Position numbers and translations under genes: made by a program | In this document: one piece after another, positions 55,701-62,220 of the stretch | Position numbering within the stretch: the first letter of the stretch is position 1 | How the letters are laid out: each line of letters starts with the position of its first letter | DNA from: a virus | Lineage: Duplodnaviria > Caudoviricetes | DNA length: 64,000 nt | Direction: 5' to 3' (one strand) | Virus record (IMG/VR): IMGVR_UViG_3300025875_000006 | Span: 25,614 to 89,613 of that record | The notes under the pieces: model-generated | Seen by the model: the letters and a program-made list of their open reading frames with translations, nothing else | What the model was told of the DNA's origin: nothing | The model's database searches: none

Positions 55701-55730
55701 GTTGCCGCCGCCGAGGAGACCGCCGCGTGA
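46764..55730 (+). CDS. giant multidomain (polyvalent) virion-associated protein: 2H phosphoesterase, HipA/PI3K-like kinase, SH3/KOW-like repeats, possible ART-like C-terminus
   Basis: HVT and HLT (2H pair); YVK..NE.LA...DAWLGNRD..DN..RIDNGG kinase motifs; repeated Y.P..G(E/D) modules; GTGA coupling to the portal gene. Confidence 0.85.
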   Translation: MSDQPQYTTAIIAAVPTAEDPVHEIVAEDAHVTLQFLGEAADLSDEQIEGIKTTLGLIAANVYAFPVDVSGTAELGQDKAQVLLIQSTMLTKIRETLGLDESVSTAVASVEQFPNWIPHLTMQYEGEQPDVAAFKEVTIGSLELWLADEHLVFPLGESAPVTAAGYKTFTEHLHPRGADGRFIEKFGVVKYLTAKGWAYGKVEGIYEENDQVKLTVTPSDLAGKTHGESLVLSPKQVYRAPKTKAHLKTSDVGVTKIGGQGGSNPGGMYQMPSITPQSLDDAAANGVATEKFYVKKPKTKSHGANEALANALYEEAGVPVPEVDFHADGQLYSKVIDGEQNMAAKLKDPEWTDQVRRNFAVDAWLGNRDVFGMTYDNILTDANGVPWRIDNGGALLYRAMGEKKTDFGSKVSELDAFRQGKKAAIYGPGMTKAQEIDGAERVVAITPQRIEEMVSDAGLPASLADTLKARRLYLANYYGLQLPESQKAAEAQEGSTAPVVDTADLAANKGKPRGWFKTTLAQAAMLLQGGDKIELPDGTTRVFGIDGTGNALSIVGEQASLLGWQQEFGPAAEVYFRKTAKEADAVRPDHGQKLKGSDLAAQRWHRGDKISALGMGAPLKIKGWNDSTGAVLVEHPDGSQQLLDTFGADGNTTWTVERWDPPAVDTLVEDIPATPVPTVSQLEDVVTKASEPEVEDDLVSYKATSDGAYEQAPAVAPGKTGQAAETEAALKADLVTPLPTGSGAPAPGKTTAPGGAKTMVVGDGTEASTGDAVTSKKDGKTYTFVKPKGQYAVVTDPNGDDPTKQLLKLASTMTQPGKLPAGDLDVELPKTATGEVPALGMMAQAKDGWAGEITLISPDGKFVFITDANGKRKRKSTGTVSITGGVVPAAEQPQVAVGPVKDYGPEVLQPWKGEEKATGWLAVDDLTAAQMVHVSYADGTHGLEPYTGQPLGSLQVNSQEKVAVFGSLKDYLGPIAPSQLAAAGKADNGATTYQVIFMGNVFFTDGTTGPSGGLVLWYADDNDGDLPGTDAFEMPLGGKPLMTIIGSEKATSVPLVMPEIGSVAFQAADEVTYDGFVTPILYGDEAKTLSGWKGQLSPGQEISLDGQNWLSIKAVSPSGSVTITTGNGQDVFINPWSSATYVVKAPALVDGDAAPSQAVDTDDDLGPVLPKKKGTDLVAGDVIKDFEGNISVIKFIEPDESYGDGTSALSVHAYGGPVEGEYMPGSAELPFLGNAAEGFVSLKLADQVEHFYPGLKIEVSSTEQLTVASYPSLQLDTGGFKFAAMVNGDPDDLILVDTHEAFGPEAVLPMQFAPGSSASELGLDIAKLNELFNPAPTVETPPDHYWLMTEQGLTFGTAQYPIFFNAADSSYYRSGPNGVEGWIDGKWEADASLSVVGMDKVWDGAPFQGALVIPENTDLTLYGAGAANYKPKPGEAVAIVTLASGNASALVVSPSGSFAGDQHVMTIDGSGNLLTPGYTADSLLGGGSTLNVIHDPFASEAADSKPRVTHQDGPQPPAAIGQKLQSVGYTPKPGETLWAVQTEDGKTVVLVKQPDGNYLKLMTSGQLGSKVWTTEELLGWDAQPNLSHFTWTYLPEGADAPTAVPGLPEGYAPFVPGEGQSLLKVTLANGKTNVYVQKQTGAGWYELGPDGSVNESSDAVKSNHVVQQKLSTASSGSAAKYELLHPLPEGLKPAGESAAVPTLSNKSGGEWTPEPDQKVMALTSFDGDTDPWFFFQEADTGWWVPAPNTEGASGSGGFSNEQAQEFMAATTAGKSGSQYKLVYDGSAAAAAGPAPAFSGYTPKAGEEVFQEPNGSHWVVSGSTVYPVNDDGTLSEAGSMSKAAWDADPAISSGDVIAKVWPAAASAVDTPPSFGGYTPVTGDQVLQEPDGTYWVKSAADKKWHAVTVQGTLSQASLDDVEWGQSQVAGTTQAWPVPGGSVSDPATGGVFEGYQSAPTDNVLQAVGPAGSFHLVKLAGKGIWQKVLPGGQLEDAEDGFSQDSIEYATTSPNNPVTFTVLQGSVKAGAVTEPAEPLVAQPYAGVASLTLLTLLTPGTYNFGGYTPTPEQTKKIEQYASVLHVGQSIYALEDSTGGLPTTGVVLRKADGSWETIYANGDKVLIAGSDQGMEEYAQSAGWTIHKAQFTAPMAAPAAPKTYSGPTISGWADLGIPDPATFGYLASPGDELPSASVGDWVYMQGNDPSAGMFGKIAAVPGVNDNTVALSDYVMVKDGKTGAPKSPAVPVHMPITAMEGFYLSSSQGTGAAPNTNPGVTSTPAAPSTPAASAPSAPQAASPAAPVGPQYPGAQKPSQEDINAWGGALTKDGYIPSPGMFVSGKGPMTGKIVSVSKDKTKAVVLKADGTKTTRLIEAIKTDKSANYSAYAAPATLKDIPQGMPLAVDSVAEVLAKTPQDGKFRAILSAHPGVSHGQMTVTKATGPSGKVYSRVHMTLTPAQREQLMSLLAGVGEKGDWATSSKSSEQVAIGDQLPMRKSSTDNPDGTPRWKVDPSQVPPTHKVTGVADDPSGSGVKIVTMANIQTGEVITSRFHPGKPLTTYAWDPNKPKKVAPGAFSIGETAKAMGWALANDGGISAAKNGAGDAQLYNEPGSSVTKSAFQHSSTSWQTLRNVSEDGVVIELVDPKGSDNKSTTGTTVISVPEGLDEKALGAALSKLGVDYSPMTQDSAKDNVRGMLRTLLSLDMSDVDTAKGWSDDKLFTQAGKTMGITDLGWHDVLVGVDESTGTPAYFWSDRARNALAAKSKVNVIYRSANSADAAQIVSTVKYGSASSILKRTAGMLDGTGSTGSGASWSTDNGNHAGHGSYASAGVHSKLPSGNNQASYKHSGMMVYHRPEAVLGRIMDYRTGTGDVYGKGKGSGSDHLAYATSLSSVTDFFLGGGLPTEAVGFIAVSDQSERAKAIEKLKADGYSHINGRPVEEIVILKSQAQNMSPNDLPPVTLPSNARPILDLPTSYGAAPSAADATVVAAAEETAA

Positions 55731-56593
55731 CCGCTCCAGTGCAGTTCCCCAACCCGGCCATGCTGGAGACCACGTTCCGGCAGGTCACTGACCCGGTGAC
55801 CGAGACCGAGGAGGACGTCACCTACCTCCTCCCGGTCGGCGGGCTGGCCTACGGGGCGGCCGGTGGAGGCATCTCTGTCGGCTGGGACTCCGAGGACCAC
55901 ATCCGGGGTGTCATCCTGTCCTCCGTCGAGGACCAGGGCGACTGGATCGTGGGCACGGGGCCCGAGGGCCAGGTCTACCGGTTCCGCGACCTGGACCCGC
56001 ACGACGCAGTGACGATGTCCCCGGCTGGGGTCCCCCAGCCGCTGATGGTGGTGCAGGCCGAAGTGATCCGAGGGGGAGTCTTGGCGCAGTCTCTGGACGC
56101 CGTGGTGGCGGCCGACAACACGGTGGCCACGCTCATGCTGGAGACCGGCATGGGGACCTTCGTCCGCTACGCCGGGGACTGGCAGCTGCTGGCCGACGAC
56201 AGCGGCGCGCTGGAGGACTGCTCGCTGGTCGCCGTCGGGGCCGGAGCCCTGAGCGTCTGGGACGCGGCCGACTCCGCCAGCCAGACCATCTCGGTCTTCG
56301 ACCTGCCGCTGAAGACCGGCAACGGCGACGAGGTCATCGACCCCGAGGCCGAGCCGGACGTCGAGACGGCGGCGGCCATCGCGGCCAGCGGCGTCTCCAT
56401 CCCGCAGGTCAGCCGGGTGGAAGACCTGGACCTGGCCATCCGCTACGCCAACACCCACCCGACCGCCCGCTGGTACGTGACCAAGCGCGCGAGCGCGCTG
56501 GCCGCGTCGGCCCGCATCCCGGCGCACTGGAACGTCGTCCCGGCGGTGAACCCGGCCCCTTTCTCCCTGACGCACCAGGAGCAGGAGATGTAG
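55727..56593 (+). CDS. head-associated hypothetical protein
   Basis: FVRYAGDW module also seen in the protease; C-terminal DLDLAIRYA...YVTKRASAL...IPAHW. Confidence 0.7.
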   Translation: MTAPVQFPNPAMLETTFRQVTDPVTETEEDVTYLLPVGGLAYGAAGGGISVGWDSEDHIRGVILSSVEDQGDWIVGTGPEGQVYRFRDLDPHDAVTMSPAGVPQPLMVVQAEVIRGGVLAQSLDAVVAADNTVATLMLETGMGTFVRYAGDWQLLADDSGALEDCSLVAVGAGALSVWDAADSASQTISVFDLPLKTGNGDEVIDPEAEPDVETAAAIAASGVSIPQVSRVEDLDLAIRYANTHPTARWYVTKRASALAASARIPAHWNVVPAVNPAPFSLTHQEQEM

Positions 56594-56646
56594 TCCGGCT
56601 GGACAGCCCGGATGCTGTCCGGGCCGCCGCCGGGCTGTTCTCCGGC

Positions 56647-58134
56647 ATGGTCGCCGCTGGGCAGCAGCCGCCGTCGGGCTTCTTCCCGGCGCTGATCGCG
56701 GCTGCTCGTGTCAGCGGGATGCTGGATGATCCGGCTGTGCTGACGGCCTCCAAGTGGCAGGACTGGCTGCACCCGCGCGGCAAGGACGGGCGCTTCATCG
56801 AGAAGCAGAGCTTCGTCAACGTCTTCGCCAACCCGAACGCCCTGCTGAGCGACCGCACGGCCGTCCGCCGCCGGGCGCGGATCAACGAGCTGCGGCCCGA
56901 GGGGGCCTACGTCAGCTACCAGGACATCGAGGGCAACCCGATCCCGGCCGACCCCGAGGCGGGCTTCCCCGACCTGATCCCGGTGGACGACTTGTCCACG
57001 AAGGTCAGCACCGCGCCCACGGCCATCGCGCACCTCCAGCCGGGCGAGAGCGCGGCCAAGGAGGTCGCCGACGCGCTGGTCCCGGCCATGACCCGGGAGA
57101 GCTGGGAGGCCGAGATCGCGGCGCTGTCCGCGTCGCTGGCCGCCGACCGGCCGGAGCAGCTGGTCACCGTGTCAACCGGCCAGGGCGAGGTCACGCCCGA
57201 GGAGTTCCAGGAGCACCAGGCCTACATCAGCTGGGTCAACACCATCGGCATGAAGGGCCCCGGCCGCTCGCTGGCGATGGACGGCGCGTTCAAGGACAGC
57301 TTCGGGCTCTGGTCGGAGGAGATGCAGCAGGTCTTCGACGCCCTGGTGGACGACGCCTACAACGACCTGACCCGGAACCAGACGAAGCCGCGCAACCGCC
57401 GGGCCATCATGCTCGGTGGCCTGCCCGGTGCCGGGAAGTCCTCCACGCTGGAGGCGATGACGAAGGCCGGGGTCTTCCGCGAGGACGAGTGGATCATCGC
57501 CAACCCGGACTACTTCAAGGACGTCATCATCGCCAAGGGGCTGGCCCCGCAGCTGTCCGGGCTCACCCCGGCGGAGACGGCCAGCTTCATCCACGAGGCC
57601 AGCTCCGAGATGAACCACATGCTGGAGCAGCTGCTGACCGTCGAGGGCTTCAACGTCATCTTCGACATCACGATGGGCGGCCGGATGCGGCCGGGCGAGA
57701 AGTCCTGGACCGAGCGCATCGTGGACCGGCTGGAGGCGCTGGACTACAGCACCGACGGCCTGTTCGTGGACGTGCCGCCGACCACCAGCCGCCAGCGCGC
57801 GCAGTCCCGGCACATGGCCGGGCTGAACACGCTGCGGACCGGCCAGTCGGCGCGGCCCAACGACCCCGAGCTGAAGAACGGCGGCCGGACGGTGCCTGAC
57901 GCCGTGATCAACGCGGCCGAGTTCGGCGAGAACGACCCCGACGCCGAGTCCTACTCCAGCCACAACGCCCGGAACTTCGCAGCGCTGAAGGAGCAGTTCG
58001 CCCGCTGGGCGGTCTACGACAACTCCGGCGACGCGCCCTACCTGGCCGACAGCAGTGGCGGGACCGACCCGGACCCGACCATGCTGCCGGGCTTCTACGA
58101 GGCCGTGCAGGCAGAGGAGGCGCAGGCCGCGTGA
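56647..58134 (+). CDS. zeta-toxin-like P-loop kinase with N-terminal HPRG tag
   Basis: AIMLGGLPGAGKSS, IANPDYFK, FIHEASS, VIFDITM, GRTVP. Confidence 0.85.
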   Translation: MVAAGQQPPSGFFPALIAAARVSGMLDDPAVLTASKWQDWLHPRGKDGRFIEKQSFVNVFANPNALLSDRTAVRRRARINELRPEGAYVSYQDIEGNPIPADPEAGFPDLIPVDDLSTKVSTAPTAIAHLQPGESAAKEVADALVPAMTRESWEAEIAALSASLAADRPEQLVTVSTGQGEVTPEEFQEHQAYISWVNTIGMKGPGRSLAMDGAFKDSFGLWSEEMQQVFDALVDDAYNDLTRNQTKPRNRRAIMLGGLPGAGKSSTLEAMTKAGVFREDEWIIANPDYFKDVIIAKGLAPQLSGLTPAETASFIHEASSEMNHMLEQLLTVEGFNVIFDITMGGRMRPGEKSWTERIVDRLEALDYSTDGLFVDVPPTTSRQRAQSRHMAGLNTLRTGQSARPNDPELKNGGRTVPDAVINAAEFGENDPDAESYSSHNARNFAALKEQFARWAVYDNSGDAPYLADSSGGTDPDPTMLPGFYEAVQAEEAQAA

Positions 58135-58460
58135 CCGCGCCCGTGCAGGAGCCCCAGGCGGGCCAGAACGTGCAGGAGGTCCGCGACGCCATCGAGGCGA
58201 TGCGGACCGGCGCGGGGACCTTCGAGGAGCTGCGAGCGGCTGTCGGCCGGGCGAAGTTCGCCGTCCGGCCGACGGCCCGTTCCGAGGAGGACATCGCGGC
58301 GAACTGGGACTACGTCCCGCTGGAGGACAGCTTCACCGATACCGTGGTAGCCGCACGGTGGCAGAGAGTGCTCACCGCAGAGCAGGTGGGGGAGCTTCAG
58401 CGCATGGCCCAGTTCGTCGGACCCGAGCCCAGTCGCGTCCCTGCTGACCAGGAGAGCTGA
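58131..58460 (+). CDS. small acidic protein coupled to the zeta gene
   Basis: GTGA overlap; 109 aa helical. Confidence 0.7.
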   Translation: MTAPVQEPQAGQNVQEVRDAIEAMRTGAGTFEELRAAVGRAKFAVRPTARSEEDIAANWDYVPLEDSFTDTVVAARWQRVLTAEQVGELQRMAQFVGPEPSRVPADQES

Positions 58461-58461
58461 G

Positions 58462-60738
58462 ATGCCACCGCTGCTGATGGCCGGATTCGACCGGCAGCAC
58501 CTGCCCACCCGGAGCATCCGGGACAAGGCCCGAGGGGTGGACGAGCCCCTGGCCCTGAAGCTCCAGACCGGCCAGGTCAGGGCCTGGGACTTGCTCTCCC
58601 TCCAGGCAAGTGCTGTTCCTGGCGCGGCCGAGTGGGCGTCCAAGACCCTGGACGCCATTGTGGCCAGCGCGGCCGAGCGCATCCGGCAGCCGCTGGACTG
58701 CGAGGAGTGCACCGACCTGGGCTTCTACGGCCTGGTGTCGGCCGCCGACGCCGACGTGCTCACCGGCCTGCTCCGGCGTGAGAGCGACGGCGGCTACGAG
58801 CAGCTGACCGCGTCGGGCACCTGGACCCCCTACGAGACGCGCTACGACCAGCACGTCGAGGTGCTGAACCGCGAGCTGGCCGCCGACCTGGCCGAGGCCG
58901 TCACGGCCGGTGCCTCCGGCCTGGCCCGCCGGTACTTCTGGCCGCAGGCCTTCCTGCCGCCGGAGACGATGATCGCCGCCGCCCCGGCCCCCGAGCTGGC
59001 AGCCGACCAGGGCACGGCCCGGCCGACCGCCGGGCCCGACGACGGCTGGCGCGAGTACGCCGTCGTGGACGACCTGGACCCCGGCGCGGTGCTGGAGCTG
59101 ATCCGGCTGCGGCCCGGCCCCGAGCTGGTCGCCTACCGCAACGGCGTCTGGTCCGAGGCCCCCGAGCTGCTGAGCGACCTCCAGGGCGTCCAGCCGCCGC
59201 CGCTGGTCGAGCTGGACCAGCCGCAGCTGGAGACGGTCCTGGCCCAGATCGACCAGGCCGGTGCACCTGAAGCTGGGGTCGAGGCTCCGGCGGCCGACCC
59301 TGGAGCCGAGGTCGAGACCGTGGCCGCCGCCGGTGCGGCGCTGGTGGCCGACGCTCCGCTGACCGTGAGCCCGGACCCGCGCGCCGAGAAGCTGCGCCGG
59401 TACTGGACCACTGGCAAGGGCGCGCTGAAGATCAGGTGGGGGACGCCCGGGGACTGGACCCGGTGCTACCGCCAGCTGCGCAAGCACATGGGCGTGCGGG
59501 CCAAGGGCTACTGCCAGAACCTGCACAAGCGGTCCACCGGCCAGTGGGCCGGTGCCCGTGGGAACCGGGGCGGGGCGGTGGCTGCCTCCGGCGGCCGGAC
59601 CGTCCGCGAGGCCCTGTCGATGGAGGCCGCGCTCGTGGCCGCCGTGTCAACCGGGTCGTGGTTCGGCCCGTCAGGAGGAGATGGCGTGACCAGCGCACTG
59701 AAGGACGGCATCTACAGCGAGGGCGGCAGCGACATCGCGCTGCTGAAGACCCTCACGGCCGGTGGCTTCCCGGTGGCACCCCCGGAGGACTGGTTCGGCG
59801 ACCCGGGCCTGGACCAGCCGACCCCGCTCACGGTGGACGACGACGGCCGGGTCTACGGCCACATCGCCACCTTCGACGTCGCGCACATCGGCCTGCCCGG
59901 CCAGGTGCGCGCGCCGAAGTCCAAGTCCGACTACGCCTACTTCAAGACCGGCGAGCTGGTGACCGCCAGCGGCTCCCGGGTCAACGTCGGCCAGCTGACC
60001 CTGGCCGGTGGCCACGCCAGCCTCCAGGCCGACGCAGCGGCGGCCGTGGCCCACTACGACAACACCGGCAGCGCGGTGGCCGACGTCAACGTGGGCGAGG
60101 ACCGCTTCGGCATCTGGGTGGCCGGTGGCCTCCGGCCCGAGGTCACCCCGAGCCAGCTCCGCACGCTGCGCGCCAGCGCGCCGTCGGGCGACTGGCGGCC
60201 GATCAACGGCAACCTGGAGCTGGTGGCCTGCTGCCAGGTCAACGTCCCCGGCTTCCCGACCGTCCGGGCGCGCGTGGCTGGTGGCGCGATCACCGCGATG
60301 GTGGCGGCCGGTGCTCCCCCGCTGTTCTCCCGCCGCCTGGCGCTGATGGCCGACGCGGCCAACGCCGAGCGGATCGCGGCGCTGGAGTCCGTGGTCTTCA
60401 ACGCCGAGCCGGGGCTGCTGGCCGACGGCGGCGAGGGTGGTGCCGAGGGCGGTGCACCGGCGGCCGAGGGCGGTTCCGTCACGGACGGTGCCCCGGCCGA
60501 GCAGGCGGCCGAGGGCGGCGAGGAGCAGGTGTCCGAGGCCGTCCAGCGCGCCCGTGCGCTGGCCGACGAGCGCCGGGCGGCCAAGGAGGCCGAGGCGGCG
60601 GCGACCGAGGGCGAGCCCCAGGTGACCGGCACCGAGGAGCCCGCCGAGGAGTCGCCGGAGGCCGTGTTGGCCAAGCTCCGCGCCCGGGTGCACGGTGCCC
60701 AGGCCAAGGAGCCCGTGGCGGCTGGCGCGACCGTCTGA
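58462..60738 (+). CDS. capsid maturation protease (multidomain)
   Basis: KLRRYW..GKGALKIRWGTPGDWTRC domain; RVYGHIA...AGGHA...HYDNT...GEDRFGIWVAG...SGDWR protease core; scaffold-like acidic tail. Confidence 0.82.
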   Translation: MPPLLMAGFDRQHLPTRSIRDKARGVDEPLALKLQTGQVRAWDLLSLQASAVPGAAEWASKTLDAIVASAAERIRQPLDCEECTDLGFYGLVSAADADVLTGLLRRESDGGYEQLTASGTWTPYETRYDQHVEVLNRELAADLAEAVTAGASGLARRYFWPQAFLPPETMIAAAPAPELAADQGTARPTAGPDDGWREYAVVDDLDPGAVLELIRLRPGPELVAYRNGVWSEAPELLSDLQGVQPPPLVELDQPQLETVLAQIDQAGAPEAGVEAPAADPGAEVETVAAAGAALVADAPLTVSPDPRAEKLRRYWTTGKGALKIRWGTPGDWTRCYRQLRKHMGVRAKGYCQNLHKRSTGQWAGARGNRGGAVAASGGRTVREALSMEAALVAAVSTGSWFGPSGGDGVTSALKDGIYSEGGSDIALLKTLTAGGFPVAPPEDWFGDPGLDQPTPLTVDDDGRVYGHIATFDVAHIGLPGQVRAPKSKSDYAYFKTGELVTASGSRVNVGQLTLAGGHASLQADAAAAVAHYDNTGSAVADVNVGEDRFGIWVAGGLRPEVTPSQLRTLRASAPSGDWRPINGNLELVACCQVNVPGFPTVRARVAGGAITAMVAAGAPPLFSRRLALMADAANAERIAALESVVFNAEPGLLADGGEGGAEGGAPAAEGGSVTDGAPAEQAAEGGEEQVSEAVQRARALADERRAAKEAEAAATEGEPQVTGTEEPAEESPEAVLAKLRARVHGAQAKEPVAAGATV

Positions 60739-61538
60739 TGCAGACCGGCCTGCTCCAGCGGCTGGAGGTGCTGACGGCGGCTCTGGCCGCCGCAGCGCCG
60801 GAGCCGACGCACCGGATCAAGGCCGACTACGGCCCCGCCGGACCCCCCAAGAAGAAGGGGTCCGGCGGCGGCCGGAAGGTCGCCAGCAAGGCCGGGGAGA
60901 AGCGCTACGGCCTGCCCATCGGCACGCCGCTGGGCGGGACGAAGTCCAAGGCGAAGGGCGACGCTGCCACGCAGCAGAGCTACGACACCTTCATGGGCGC
61001 GAACACCCCGGCCGACCAGCGCAAGGCGGCGGCCTGGATGTCCACCGCCGACCTGGGCCGGGCGGCCGAGGCGCTGTTCAGCTTCAGCTCGGACAACGAG
61101 CGGGACGAGTCGGCGCGGCGGGCGCTGGTGCGCGAGCTGGCCGACCGTGGCATCGACCCGAGGTCGATGGGCTACCGGGGCCCGGCCGTCGTGCTCAACC
61201 CGAGCCCGAAGCAGGACCCGACCGTGAAGGCCGCCGAGACGGCCCAGCGGAAGGTGGAGCAGGCGACGAAGCAGCAGGAGACGGCGGCGCGCAAGGTCCA
61301 GCGCGAGCAGGAGACCGCCGTGCGCAAGGCCGAGAGCGCGCAGAAGACGGCGCAGCGCGACGCCGAGCGCGCCCAGCGGGAGTCCGAGGCGGCCCAGCGC
61401 CGTGAACTGGACCGCCAGATCGCCGAGACCGAGAAGGTCGTGCGCGAGCGCGAGGGCCAGGCGCTGGCGCAGGGGCTGCTGGAGGAGCAGGAGATCAGGG
61501 CGGCGCGCGCCCGGAGGCAGCTGGTCCGCGCCGGTTGA
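60738..61538 (+). CDS. head-module protein with long charged coiled coil
   Basis: RKVASKAGEKRYGLPIGTPL motif and E/K/R/Q-rich heptads; TGATG coupling. Confidence 0.7.
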   Translation: MQTGLLQRLEVLTAALAAAAPEPTHRIKADYGPAGPPKKKGSGGGRKVASKAGEKRYGLPIGTPLGGTKSKAKGDAATQQSYDTFMGANTPADQRKAAAWMSTADLGRAAEALFSFSSDNERDESARRALVRELADRGIDPRSMGYRGPAVVLNPSPKQDPTVKAAETAQRKVEQATKQQETAARKVQREQETAVRKAESAQKTAQRDAERAQRESEAAQRRELDRQIAETEKVVREREGQALAQGLLEEQEIRAARARRQLVRAG

Positions 61539-61549
61539 CACGGACAGCA

Positions 61550-61582
61550 GAAGGGCCCCCCGCCAGTGGCGAGGGGCCCTTC
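61550..61582. terminator. hairpin between convergent genes
   Basis: GAAGGGCCCC...GGGGCCCTTC. Confidence 0.8.
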
Positions 61583-61597
61583 GTTCGTGCGGGAGGA

Positions 61598-62032
61598 TCA
61601 GGCCTGCTCGGCGTCCTCGTCGGCCTGCTCGGCCTCGGCCAGCTTGGCCATCGCGGCCTCGTCGTCCGGGTCCACCTCGTGCTCGCTGAAGGTGTACTCG
61701 TCACCGGCGGTCAGACCGGCCAGGATGGCGTTGAACGCCTCCTGCTCGGCGGCCGACAGCTTGCCCTCGGCGACGTCCTTCTTGGCCTGGAGGTAGGCCT
61801 CGTAGTCCCGGGTCTGCGCCAGCTCCAGCGCCTTGACGGCACCGGTCTGCATCTTGCGCAGCTCGTTGACGACGGCCTGGAGGACGGCGACCTGCTTCTC
61901 CTGGGTCATGTTCGGCTTGCCGGAGACCGCCTTGTTGATCGCCCGCGCCGACTCCGCCAGCTTGTGGCGGTAGGGGGTGAGGGTCTTCGGGGTGACGGGA
62001 GCCGGGGTGTTCTCGGGGGTCTGGTCGCTCAT
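61598..62032 (-). CDS. helical hypothetical protein
   Basis: MSDQTPENT; RBS GAGAGG; acidic tail. Confidence 0.7.
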   Translation of the reverse strand: MSDQTPENTPAPVTPKTLTPYRHKLAESARAINKAVSGKPNMTQEKQVAVLQAVVNELRKMQTGAVKALELAQTRDYEAYLQAKKDVAEGKLSAAEQEAFNAILAGLTAGDEYTFSEHEVDPDDEAAMAKLAEAEQADEDAEQA

Positions 62033-62220
62033 CGTGGGGTCCTCTCGTCGGACGGGTCTGCTGCGGGTGCAGTCTTGCTGGCCACGTAGAGCGCCGTGAA
62101 GATCACCAGGAAGACGCCGAGGATCGGCATCGCCTGGGCCATGAAGAAGACGGTGACGCACCAGGCGATGAAGCCCTCGGTGATCACCTTCGCCTTCGGC
62201 TGGCTCTCCGTCGTGGTCAT
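62029..62220 (-). CDS. small two-TM membrane protein, leaderless
   Basis: TTGACA-gtGTTGAG...(18)-TATTCT-N6-ATG; two hydrophobic segments. Confidence 0.7.
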   Translation of the reverse strand: MTTTESQPKAKVITEGFIAWCVTVFFMAQAMPILGVFLVIFTALYVASKTAPAADPSDERTPR

